Shown here: positions 9,641-21,376 of the stretch, one piece after another
Position numbering within the stretch: position 1 is the stretch's first letter
How the letters are laid out: each line of letters opens with the position of its first letter
Source of the DNA: Octopus sinensis
Lineage: Eukaryota
Reading direction: 5' to 3'
Assembly (NCBI RefSeq): GCF_006345805.1
Contig: NW_021836730.1
Location: forward strand, 1-22,817
DNA length: 22,817 nucleotides
Position numbers and translations under genes: made by a program
Notes under the pieces: model-generated
Told to the model about the DNA's origin: nothing
The model's database searches: none
Seen by the model: the letters and a program-made list of their open reading frames with translations, nothing else

Positions 9641-10165
9641 ATACATTCATACATATACACGTATAGATACCCACATGTGCATATATACTATCTAAAACAA
9701 AATGAAACCTGATTAAGTCCAAAGGGCAGTACTAGATATTGTTAGTAATTTATATAGTTGTGGGGTGTAATTAAATGTAAATTATAAGCTAGTCAATGTT
9801 TATTCGTTTAAGTTAGCAGCAGAAAAGTTGCATATGTATGTTTGTCTCTTCCTGTGCGAATGCAAGTGTGTCCTCCGCAAGCGAAAACCAAACACACTTA
9901 CATATTAAACTTTCATGATTATTTAGTTAAGAGAATACACACTTTTGTCGATATTTTCTATTTACTCACTTCATTTTTTCAGTTATTTGACTGTGGCCAT
10001 GGTGGAGCAGCGCCCTTTATTCGAGCAAATCAACCCCAGGACTTATACTTTGTAGGCCTAGTATTAATCGATCAGTCTCTTTTCCAGAACCGCTAAGTTA
10101 CGGGGACGTGAAAGCACCAGCACCAGTTGTCAAGCGATGTTGGAGGGATAGACGAACAAACGTAT
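9600..10165 (+). repeat. Older direct duplication copy 1 (unique sequence plus minus-strand SINE 3' half at ~9970-10165)
   Basis: Colinear with 14460-15110 (tactatctaaaacaaaa, gtccaaaggg, gtgtaattaaatgtaaattataa, gcgaatgcaagtgtg, ccccaggacttatactttgtaggcctagtatt) with many substitutions. Confidence 0.9.
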
Positions 10166-10196
10166 ATATATATATATTCATACACACACACCATAC

Positions 10197-10256
<60 letters not shown>

Positions 10257-10277
10257 CATACATACACGCACACACAC

Positions 10278-10319
<42 letters not shown>

Positions 10320-10330
10320 TTATATTTATA

Positions 10331-13040
10331 TTTTTTCTCTTGTTTCAGCTCAGAGCTGCGGCCATGCTGATGCACCCGCGTCTTGTGCTGCACTGTTATT
10401 TGTGAAGAACCTCGTCTAATATGTGGCACTTGGTGAAGAATGAGTTTCATATTGCTACTCTCATTTGCACCTCTTGTGAGGTAGGTTCATCTGGGACTCT
10501 CGGCAGGAAGATGTCCAGCTTTGATTTAAAAACCGCTACATCTACTTTGTGCAAGTTCCTCAGACTCTTGGGAGAATATTAAAAAGCTGTGGGCCCTTGA
10601 AACCCAGGCTGTTGCAGAAGCTGGTCCTGAAGCGTGATGGCATTGCTGGGATCTTTGGCACTATGCAGTGTCGTCCCGTTCTAGCATTGGTGTAGCTTAC
10701 ATTGCCAAAATTTGACACAATTCCTTCCAGGATCTTCCAGACATATATTACTGCATACCTCTCCCGTCTTCTCTCCAGGGAGTAGAGTCTTAGCTGTTTC
10801 AACCTTCCCCAGTAGCTGAACTGTTGCAAAGAGACGATCTTCTTTGTGAATCTTCTCTGGATTGCTTCAAGGTCCGCTGTTAATTTTACACTGGTGGGTG
10901 ACCATAGTTGTGAGCAGTAATCCAGGCGGCAGAGGACGAATGTCCGCCAGAGGACCATCATGGTTTCCTTATCTCTGGTTCTGAATGTTCTTAGGGTTAG
11001 GGTTAGGGTTAGCCAGTCGTCTGCACTTTGTCGCCATCCTGGTAATGTGCACTTGGAAAGAGGTATCATCACTCATGTCGATACCCAGGTCCCTCACAGA
11101 CTTAGGCTCTGGGATTGAAATTCCCTGTAGACCGGTGTATCCTGTAAGTTTAATATTCAGTTTGGATGCTGGTAGCGCAGGGCCTGGAATTTTTCAGCAT
11201 TAAACTGTATATTATTATCCTCAGCCCATCTGTAGATTGAGTCCAACTCCTGCTGCAGGTGTGCAACATCGCTGGGGTTCTGTATTTTCCGCGAGACTTT
11301 CGTGTCGTCTGCATAGCTGGCCAGAGTGGCTATCCGGGCATTTGAGGGCATATCTGAGAGGGCCACTATAAAAAGCAGTGGTCCCAAGACAGTGCCCTGT
11401 GGAACACCGCGCACTATTTGTGTGTTCATAGAGGTGGCTCCCATTAAACACTACTGCCTGACTCCTATCTTTCAGGAAGTCATGTAACCACACTCCAAGT
11501 TTTCCAGCTATGTCGAGGTCACGCAGTTTGTGGCATATCATACCATTATCCACCTTGTCAAAAGCTTTGCAAAATCAAGGTAGATTACGTCCACATTTGA
11601 TTTGTTGAGTAACTGCCTCAACACCCAGTCATAATGTTGTAAGAGCTGGGTCAGGCAGCTCCTAACTGGTCGATAACCATGCTGGGTATCACTCAACAAG
11701 TTATTTTCCTCAAGGAATGCGATTAGTTTCTTTCTGACTATCCGTTCCATGACTTTCCTGATGTGTGAAGTCAGAGAGATAGGCCTATAGTTTTGGGTAT
11801 CTGCTCTACTTCCCCCTTTATGTATTGGGCATATTATTCTCTCTTTCAGCTTGCTTGGCAGTTTGTCATTCGCAAGAAAGCTCTGGAAGAGAATCTTGAG
11901 GGGTTTTGCCAGGGCATGCTTACACGCTATGAGGAGGATGGCTGGGAAACCATCTGGACCAGCAGCTGAGTTTGTGTCCACTTCATCTATGGCTAGTAGA
12001 ACATCTTTTTCGCTAATATCAATACATTCTATTGTAACCGCCTCGCTGGTTATAGTTGAGGCGGCAAAGAAGTCCACTGGTTCATTCACTTGTGTGTTCC
12101 AACCGGATGGTAAAGACACTTTTGAACTGGTTATTCAGCATCTCACTGATCTTAGTTGAACTGTCTATGAGGGAGCCGTCCTTTTGGATGAGGGGTCCTA
12201 TCTTGTAGTGCACTGAGACTGTTTTTCGCGTAATGAAAGAAGGCCTTTGGGTTTGATTTAATATTTTTTATAACCCAGGCTTTTGTCTGCTTTCTCCTTC
12301 ACATAGGATTGTTGCAGCCTTTTTTCGATCTCCATCAGTGTTGTTTTTAGGCGGGATGTTTCGCTACTTTTGGGATGTTGGTTGAGACGATTTGCAACCT
12401 TCGTCCATCGTCTCATGAGGATCTTCCTGTCTCTTGGAATCTTGCTCCGATTTGTTTTGGCCTTGTGCTCTGGGACATATTTCTGGCATACGGCTTGCAC
12501 AGAAGACATGAAACTTTCTACTTTCATGTCAATGTCTGGTGTGGAGAGACATTCCGGCCAGTCCTCTCTGGGGATCTCTTTTTGGATCGATTTCTAATCT
12601 GCTTTGTGGAAGTTCAGATTGGAGAGATTTCGGGTGCTTCCTTTAGGCTGTATGTCTCTGGTCACTTTTGGACCAAACATAGACAGCTCTATTATGTTGT
12701 GATCTGAAACTGATGTCGGTGTCACTTTCACATCATGAATGATGTCCATATTGTTCGTGAAGCAGAGATCCAGAATGTTATTCGCCCTAGTTGGCTTGAG
12801 TACAATTTGCTCCATGAATAAGGCATTGGTGAGGTTGAGCAGGGGCTCCACCTTTACTTTCTTGCAATGATTCATTCCTGAGAGTATGTGACCTTCGGGC
12901 CATTTGACGTTGGGGAAGTTGAAATCACCGATAAGAAATATGGTCATGTGGTGTTCCAGATTCATGAGGATTTCTTTAATTATTGTGAGGCAATCTTCAA
13001 ACTTGCCTGTGTGATTTGGGGCATCCGGTGGGCAATATGT
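10331..13040 (-). mobile_element. CR1-group LINE A: 5'-truncated, 3' end intact, frameshifted
   Basis: EN motifs YCPP, GDFNFP, LDL and SDH. RT motifs GPDG, YRPISLTS, YLDFAK, GVPQGTVLGPLLF and YADDTK. C-terminal LDYCSQLWSP and LYSLERRRERY. The 3' tail cagcatggccgcagctctgagctgaaacaag lies at ~10340-10370. Confidence 0.92.
10991..11012 (+). repeat. Short interstitial telomere-like tract (TTAGGG)3TTAG inside the LINE ORF
   Basis: ttagggttagggttagggttag interrupts the coding sequence KCRRLA...LRTFRTRD. Confidence 0.9.
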
Positions 13041-14402
13041 ATTATGCTTCATTTCCTTTATTGCTGCTAAGACATCAGGAGCGCCAAAGGTTATGTCTGA
13101 TAAAGTGTATTGGGGAGTAACATCACTGATACAGCCCAGATCAGTCATATCAGGATTGCTGAAAACAGAGCAGTATTGTTTCTGCAATATCTCTCCCATG
13201 GTTTTGGCATTGTCTTGAAGAGTACCATTTTCATCAATCAGAGGGCCAACAGTAGAACCAGTGACTCTGTGTATTTTGCAAATGAAAAGAAACTTTGTGA
13301 TTGAGTTGATCTTCTCAATGGCCCAGGCCTCTTCAGCTCTTCTCTGACTATTGATGATAGACATCATGTTGTTTTGGAGTTTATGTTTTTTAATCTCTAG
13401 CGACGAGATGGCAGTCAGGTTGGTGTGTTGCTGTTGACAGTATTTCAGCTCGTTGATTTTTTTTGTTAATTCTTTTAATTTTCCTGATGAGAGATTTTCT
13501 ATTTCTAGGGATTCGACACTTAGATTTGTTTGCAGATCTTAATGGGGTGTGGTTTGCACATATGTTCGTAATGGTGTCTACAAATGACTGCCAGGACTTT
13601 TTGATGTTAGTGGGTGTGTATGTGTGCGTGAAGGACCAATCGACTTGTGCAAGATCATTATTGATCGCTTCCCAGTTTGCATTGTGGAAATCCATAGTGT
13701 CAAATGGATGAACAGGAGGGATGACATTTGTTTTGCATTTTGGCCGGTGAAATCTCAGATCACAGAGAACCATGTCATGGTCGGAGAGTAGAGTTTTCCC
13801 CACTGCAATATTGTGGATAGTATCAGTGTGATTGCTGAAAATTAAGTCTAAGACGTTTTTGTGACATCTCGTTGGTTCGAGCACCAGTTGGGACAGGAAG
13901 AAATCATCCATGAAGTCAAGAAGCGATTCCACTGCCTCCCTGTCAGGGGTTGAGAGAGAAGAACCTGGCGGCAGACTGTTTGTAGACCAGTCAACCCCGG
14001 GAAGGTTGAAGTCTCCCGTCATTAAAAGGTTGTCAGGTTGACACTGCTGAATGAAACACTTTATGTTGTTGAGGCATTCCTTGAAGCATGGTAGGGGCGT
14101 TTGGGGTGGTCTGGAGCCCAACTACTGTTAAGTTGTTGGTTTGACTGAATATAGCGACTGCTTCGCAGTATCCATTGGAAAATATGTTCATAGCTTCTGT
14201 TGAGAATGAATCATGAACATAAATGGCAGTCCCACCCTTTCTTCTGCCAGCACGATCAGCACGAATGGCTTTGAAATTTTTAACTTTCACCTCGGCTTCC
14301 AAGTGGAGGTCACTAAGATGGGCTTCAGTGAGGACGAAGAAAGGGATGTGGTTTGGATGGGCATCGATCCAGTCCTCCAGAAATTTTATCTTCCATTTTT
14401 GA
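13041..14402 (-). mobile_element. CR1-group LINE B fragment (APE endonuclease plus tether; different subfamily from A)
   Basis: LTEAHL, RADRAGRRKGGTAIYV, GDFNLP, EPTRCHKNVLDLIF, SDHDMV, then GPLIDENG...ILQKQYCSVFS. It breaks off before the RT at ~13040. Confidence 0.88.
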
Positions 14403-14459
14403 GTATATATATATATATATAATATATATATATATATATACATAGGTATATACCTACAT

Positions 14460-14500
14460 ATATATATATAAAATTATAAATTTATGAATATATATATAAA

Positions 14501-14536
<36 letters not shown>

Positions 14537-15110
14537 CAGAAATACATACATTCATACATATACACGTGTATATACCCACATACGCATATATACTATCTAA
14601 AACAAAAGAAAACCCGATCATGTCCAAAGGGTAGTACTAGATATGGTGAGTACTTTACATAGTTCTCGGGTGTAATTAAATGTAAATTATAATGTTTATT
14701 TGTTAAAGTGAACAGCAGAAAATTTGCATGCGTATGTTTGTATCTTCCTGCGCGAATGCAAGTGTGCCCTTCGCATCAAAAACAAACGCTCCTACATCTT
14801 AAACTGTCATGCCTTTTATCAATACTTCAAGGGAAGTAACTCTAAAAGTTGATTTTCAGTTATCTCCCTTACTGATGTAGTTAAGAGGATATAAACTTTT
14901 CTGGTTATTTTCTATTTTACACACTTAATTTTTCAATTATTTGACTGCGGCCATGGTGGAGCAATGCCTTTATTCGTGCAAATCGACCCCAGGACTTATA
15001 CTTTGTAGGCCTAGTATTTAAACTATCGGTCCCTTTTCCCGAACCGCTAAGTTCGGGGAATTGTACACACCAGCACCCGTTGTCCAACGATGTTCGAGAA
15101 ATAAACAGAC
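14460..15110 (+). repeat. Older direct duplication copy 2 (includes minus-strand SINE 3' half at ~14930-15110)
   Basis: Colinear with 9600-10165; carries an extra ~58 bp at ~14812-14878. Confidence 0.9.
14829..14870. mobile_element. Miniature palindromic element
   Basis: aagggaagtaactc...cagttatctccctt inverted arms; absent from the paralogous site at ~9917-9924. Confidence 0.6.
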
Positions 15111-15133
15111 ATTACAACACACACACACACACA

Positions 15134-15181
<48 letters not shown>

Positions 15182-15194
15182 CATATATATATTC

Positions 15195-15605
15195 CATGCC
15201 GCAGCAGCGCCTTTATTCGCGAAATTCGAACCCAATACTTATTTTTTGTAGGCCTAGTAATTAATCTATTTTCTCTTATGACGAAACGCTAAGTTACGGG
15301 GACATGAACACACCAGCACCGGTTGTCAAGCGGTGTTGGAGGGATAAACAGACATACAAACGTGTATATATATATTATATATATATATATATACATAGCC
15401 CCCCCCCACACACATATATGTATATATATGTTTGTGTGAGTGTGTGTGTGTGTGTGTATGCTCCGCCTATCAATTCCACTCACAAGGTTTGGTGGCACGA
15501 GTCTATAGTAGAAGACACTAGCCCAAGATACCATGCAGTGGGACTGAACCAAGAACACTGCGTTTCGTAGGGAAGCTACTTATCACACAGCCATTCCTAC
15601 GCCTA
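15195..15605 (-). mobile_element. Near full-length tRNA-derived SINE with internal microsatellite
   Basis: Minus strand reads taggcgtaggaatggctgtgtgat (A-box-like), ggttcagtccc (B-box-like), cttgggctagtgtcttctactatag, microsatellite, then a 3' half ending ggcgctgctgcggcatgg. Confidence 0.85.
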
Positions 15606-15608
15606 TCA

Positions 15609-15640
<32 letters not shown>

Positions 15641-15649
15641 AAATATATC

Positions 15650-15850
15650 TCAGTGGGGGGTTACCTGCTTACCAACCACACGGTTCCTGGTGCAGTCCCA
15701 CCGCGTGGCAGCTTAGACAAGTGTTTTCTTCTAACGTCCCGGGTCGACTAAATCCTTATGATTCGATTTCGTATCGGAAACTGAAAAAAGCCCGTCGTAC
15801 AGAAGTGTATATATGTGTACGATTGTGTGCCTCTGTTTGTCCCTACTACC
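15650..15850 (+). mobile_element. 5' half of the same SINE family, head-to-head with 15195-15605
   Basis: accaaccacacggttcctggtgcagtcccaccgcgtggcagcttagacaagtgttttcttct...ggaaactgaaaaaagcccgtcgta. Confidence 0.8.
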
Positions 15851-16367
15851 ATCAGAAAACTACAAAACACCTAACCCTGCTTCAAGCCAATAGCTTCTAC
15901 GAAAAAATCAACAACTACAGTCAATCAAATATAATGACCAAATGATTTCTCTTATCTATCGGTTCCAACTAGATTAAACAAAAATGAGGCAAATTACTTG
16001 AAAAGATCTGACTGCATATGTATGCATATATAATATATATATATAATATTATATATATTAATATATAATATATATATATATATAATATATATAATATATA
16101 TGTATGTATATATATATATATAATAGGGGGGGGAACGAATAGCTTATGACGATACCATGGTATGCTTTGCTTTCTGACTTTTAATCATCTCGTAATAATG
16201 ACTTTTATTACTACCTCATCCCATCTAAAAGTAATATCTGTCGTTACCTTTCATAAAAAGCTTTTCTTTTTTATTTACAATGTGCATTTTCGTTGATTTT
16301 TTTTTATTCTCCCCTTAAATTTTCACGTTTTATATTTTCCTTTTGTAACATATTTCAAGTTTAACTG

Positions 16368-19300
16368 TTACTGGCGGTGTGATCGAATGTGACTTTTTAG
16401 CCCAGTCTTGTACAGAATTGGCAACTAAAACCTTTACCGGTAATAGCCGGCTGTAGTTGTAACTGGGCTTCATGTACCTGTGCATGTTTTTTAAGTCCTC
16501 CTGCCGAATTACACTCTCTTTTGCATGCCCGGCAGATATTATTTGTATGGTGTGTTACACCACCACCAGTGGCCAGGTTGTCACTCATCTTTCTGGCTTT
16601 ATGACTACGAAGATGACTCTTGAGTCCAGCTTTTCTGAGGCAGGGTCTTGCACAGACACTGCATGTCAGCATCATAGGAAGACCCTTCCCATCTGGAAGT
16701 GTATCAGCGATGCGCTTCCTGACATCCCTCCTTACTTTCTTATGTGCCACTCGAGATTTCTCAAAAGTGGCTGTCCCCTCGTACACAATCCTTCTCCACC
16801 AGCTACGATCAATAACTATGCCTTCCCATGTGTCAGGAGAGATGCAAGCATCTTTTAAGGAAGCCTTCGGCAAGTCCTTATACCTCTCTTTTGGTTTATG
16901 TGGAGGTTGTTCTCCTTTAGCTAACTCTCCATGAAAGAGTTGTTTTGGCATCCTTGAATCCTTCATCCTGACCAGATGACCGCTCCATCTGAGCCTTCGC
17001 TTTAACACAAGAGCTCTTCTACACTTTCACACCGAGAGCCTTCCAATATTTCAAGATCACTGATGCGGTACTTCCACTTAATGCCATAGATCCGTCTAAG
17101 ACACATCTGATGGAAACGTTCCAGTTGTTTAAAGTGGTATCGATATGTGACTCACGTCTCGCAGGCATAGAGAAGAGAAGGGAGCACACATGCCTTGTAC
17201 ACCTTTATCTTTGTCTTTCTGCATATGTCTCGCCGACTCCAGAGGCGCTTTTCTACCCTTCCGAAAGCAACACTTGCTTTCCTAATTCTATGTGGAATTC
17301 ATCATCCCAAATTGCTATATCTATTAATAGTGCTTCCCAGGTAGACAAACTGATCAACTACATCAAGTCGTTTAAGATACACATAGATATTTGGTACACA
17401 TACTGCTTACCAGGGGCAGATTGATGCATGACAACAGTTTATTGAGATTCACTGTCAATCCTAAGGCAGTGCAAGCATCAGAGAATGCATTAAAAATGTG
17501 TTGCATACCAATCTCTGTGTGTGCTACTAGATCACAATCATCTGCATACAAAAGGTCTCTCATGATAGAGGTAAATGCATTTGTTTTCGCAGCAAAGTGC
17601 CTGATATTAAATATGCTGCCAGAGGTTCGATAATGGATGTAAACACCGTATCTGCAGTTTCTGAATGCAATACAGAACACCATCGCAAGATATATGGCAA
17701 ATAGGGTCGGTGCCAGGATATCCCCCTATTTCCATTTTGTATTGCAATGGGCTCCGACATTTTCCCTCTAACATTCACCCTACCATTCATGTCTTCATGA
17801 AAAGACCTAACCAAAGCAAGGAACTTTTCAGGACACCCACGTTTCTGGAGGACTTTCCACAATGCTTTTCTATTGACGGTATAAAAAGGCTTTTGTCAGA
17901 TCTACAAAAACCTGATACAAATCCAGACCATGTTCCACACTTCTCCTGAAGCTGTCTAGCTGAAAAGATTATATCAGCAGTGCCACATCCCACACGAAAG
18001 CCAGATTGACTTTCTTGAAGAACACAGTCTGCAACGGATTTCACCAGACGATCCAGAAGTACCATGCATAAAACCTTTCCTACAACAGACAGCAATGATA
18101 CTCTCCTATAATTACCACAATCATTCCTGCTGCCCTTTCCCTTCCACCATTACTGTATCTCTCCAGTCCTCGTACAGATTCACTAGTCCATATCTTACCA
18201 AACAAAGAGTGAAGTTTCTGCAGAAGTTTCTCACCACCATACTGTAACAACTCCGCATGTATGCCATCCATACCCGGAGACTTCCCATTATTCAACCTTG
18301 AGACAGCCATTGCAACGTCTTCCAACTTTCGTGGTTCTGCGAGTGCTGCCTTCACAGGCAATGCAGGGATGAGATTGAGAACATCCGCACTAACTACAGA
18401 CTGTTGATTCAAAAGTTCATCAAAGTGTTCTTGCCACCTTCGCAGAATTCCTTGTGAATCATGAAGAACTTCTTTACCATCCCTGTTTCGAATTGGTGTC
18501 ATCAGGGAAGACGTCGGTCCATAAACTTCTCGCAAGAGACCATACAGCAACTTTGTGTTATTGGAATCTCATGCCGCCTGTATCTCGTCAGCCTTCTTAC
18601 TCCACCACGTATCCCTCATCTGAGAGAGCCTTTGCCTCACACGTGATTTTACGTCCTTGAGTTCCCTATGCAACACTTCCCTTTCCTGTGACTTTGCTGA
18701 CAAATAGCGTGACAAAGTACGCCTTTTATCAGCCAATAAATCATCTATATGTTCATCATTTTCTTTGAACCAATCTTGATGCTTTCTTTGTATCAATCCC
18801 AGAACTTTCCTGCCTATATCATAAACTGAATTTTTGAGGTTCGGCCAATCTTCCCCAATATCTGCAGCATTCATTTCCTCTCGTAAAGTTCTCTTCACAC
18901 TATTATACCAACATTCAGTCTTTTAGGCAGGATCATCCCTGCAGCTCGGATTTTATGTTTTGTGACTAATTTCACTGTTGCACGTCGTACTAGGCGGTGG
19001 TCAGTCCAACACTCAGCTCCACGAAGAACACGATCACACTGCACATCCTGTCTGTCACGCACCCTAACTAGGATGTAATCCAGAATATGCCATTCTTTAG
19101 TCCTAAGCTTATTCTTTGGTTGAAACATGGTATTGGTAACACACAGACTCAGCTCTTCACACATGTGCAGCAAAAGCATGTCATTACTATTACACTTCCC
19201 CACCCCATGCTTTCCAATTACAGTCCATGTGTTAAGATCCCTACCCACTCTAGCATTAAAGTCACCCAGTACGATGACTTTGTCTGCCCGAGGGATATTT

Positions 19301-19430
19301 CTTATAATGCCCTTCAAAGCATGGTAGAAAGAAAGTTTTTGTCTCAGATAAAGCAACAATGTCAAGATCATAGCGTTGAAGCTCCTTCGCAACAAAGCGC
19401 AGTCCTTCTTTCAGGACATTCAGAGGACTT
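16368..19430 (-). mobile_element. RTE-clade LINE copy 2: 5'-truncated, frameshifted, retains the C-terminus with three C2H2 zinc fingers
   Basis: Colinear with copy 1. GDFNARVG, TDHR, GKSPGMDGI, YADD, RLRWSGHLVRM. Fingers CSVC..SHLRSH, CRAC..KHAQVH and CQFC..(frameshift)KTGLKSHIRSH. Stop codon at 16368-16370. Confidence 0.95.
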
Positions 19431-19619
19431 AGTAGATTGATTGCATATTTCTTTCATTATTTCATCAAAGCTTTCTTAGTCCAAAAAATGCCGATATTGG
19501 AATTTTTTGAAATTCTCCCCACCTCTAGGATAAAACTTTTTCTAAAAGAATTCCAATATAATCAGCATGTACACAATATGTCAAAGATTTTACTAAAAAT
19601 ATGAACCTTTCTTCCAGTT

Positions 19620-19795
19620 AAAAGGATGCAAAATCGAGGGTCATATTTGTGTAGAAATAACCCATAGGCATTCGATACAGATTGTGTACGTATGAGCCAA
19701 AAATAGTTTGTGTGAGATTTGGCTGCTTTTTGTAGCATGTAGATATCCTGTTTGAAGCCCGTAGAATCGGGAGGGGTGGAGGTTGAAGCAGATTG
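19620..19795 (+). repeat. Unclassified interspersed repeat (same family as 1575-1750)
   Basis: cccataggcattcgatacag...tagcatgtagatatcctgtttgaagcccgtagaatcgggagggg. Confidence 0.8.
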
Positions 19796-19800
19796 AGATG

Positions 19801-19995
19801 GCAACTTCAATAGTCGGGTAGTATGATAAAAGCACCGAGCCCATGCTGTGAGTTGGTTGATGTTAGGAAAGGCATCTAACCAGAAATAGGAGACCAAAGC
19901 AGACATTTGAGCGGAGTGCAGTCCTTGGATCCTGTCCAGTCCAAGCCAGAAAGGAACATGGATGTTAGGTGATGGCGACAATGATGATGATGTTA
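19801..19995 (+). mobile_element. SINE 3' half with (GAT)n-like tail
   Basis: taaaagcaccgagcccatgctgtgagttggttgatgttaggaaaggcatc...gatgatgatg; overlaps the start of duplication copy B. Confidence 0.7.
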
Positions 19996-20052
19996 TAAAC
20001 TCTGTTGATGATGACAATCAAGGCTATAAATGTATAAGTGTGTGTGTGTATA

Positions 20053-20111
<59 letters not shown>

Positions 20112-21314
20112 TATATATATATATTATATATATATATAAATAATATAAATATATATTAAAATATATATATATATATATATAATATATATATATATAAAAT
20201 ATATTATAAATATAATATATATATAATATATATATATATATAATATATATATTTATATATGTATGTATGTATGTATGTATGTGTATGTATAGGCGTATAT
20301 GGCGCAGATTTAACTCACCCTTCCCACTTTTTTGTGAAATACGTAGAAAAGATTGGAGATAGTGATTCTGAAAAAAGTCATTGTTTGTAAAATGACATTT
20401 ATTCAAAAGAAAAAAAATAAACCTCACCTCCCGATTCTACGGTTTTCAACCAGGCTATCTACATGCTAGAAATAACAGCCATACCTCGAGCGAACTTTTT
20501 GGGGCACATAATTACAGCCTCTGTATCGAATCCTTTGCATTTTACCCCATGGGGCAACGGAGTCACTTCGTTACTATCATCTATCTCTTGTAGTTCCTTC
20601 TTTTCATTTTCTCTTTCTTTCTCCTTCCGTTCTGTGGAAGTGCATGGCTCAGTGGTGAGATCGTCAGGCTCACACTCTCGAGATAGTGAGATCGATTCAT
20701 GGAACGGATCTGTGCACAGTGCAGTCCTTGGTTCCTGTCCAGCCCATGCCAGAAAATAACAGGGATGTTAGATGATGATGACAATGATGATGTTATTTAC
20801 TTTGTTAATGATGACAATCAAGGAAATGATGAACATGATTATAAGCAATTTAGAATTGTTTTGTAAATGATTATTGATGTATATATATATATTGGGTGTG
20901 TGTTAATTAGCTTGCTAACGAACGACATGGTTCCTGGTTCAGTCCCACTGCGTGCTACCTTGGGCATGTGACTTCTACTATAGCCTCAGGACGACCAAGG
21001 CCTTGTGAGTGGATTTGGTAGACGAAAACTGAAAAAACCCATCGTATATTATATATATATATATATATACGTGTGTTTGTGTGTGTGTGTGTTGGTTTGT
21101 GTGTGTTTGTGTGTGTGTATGTGTGTATTTATGTTTGTGTGTCTGTGTGTGTCCCCGCAACATCGCTTGATTACCGATGCTTGTGTTTTTACGACCCCGT
21201 CTCTTAGCGTTTCGTTAAAATGAGAGAGATTAAATAAATAAAAGGCTTTCAAAAAATATCTCCTACGGCCGGTTTGCCTGTCCAAATGCGGTAAAGAACA
21301 AAACAGTAAAGAAC

Positions 21315-21376
<62 letters not shown>

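Noticed and set aside
9600-15110. LTR retrotransposon (direct repeats around an RT)
   Set aside because: The interior is APE-type non-LTR sequence, with no gag, integrase, PBS or TG...CA ends seen.
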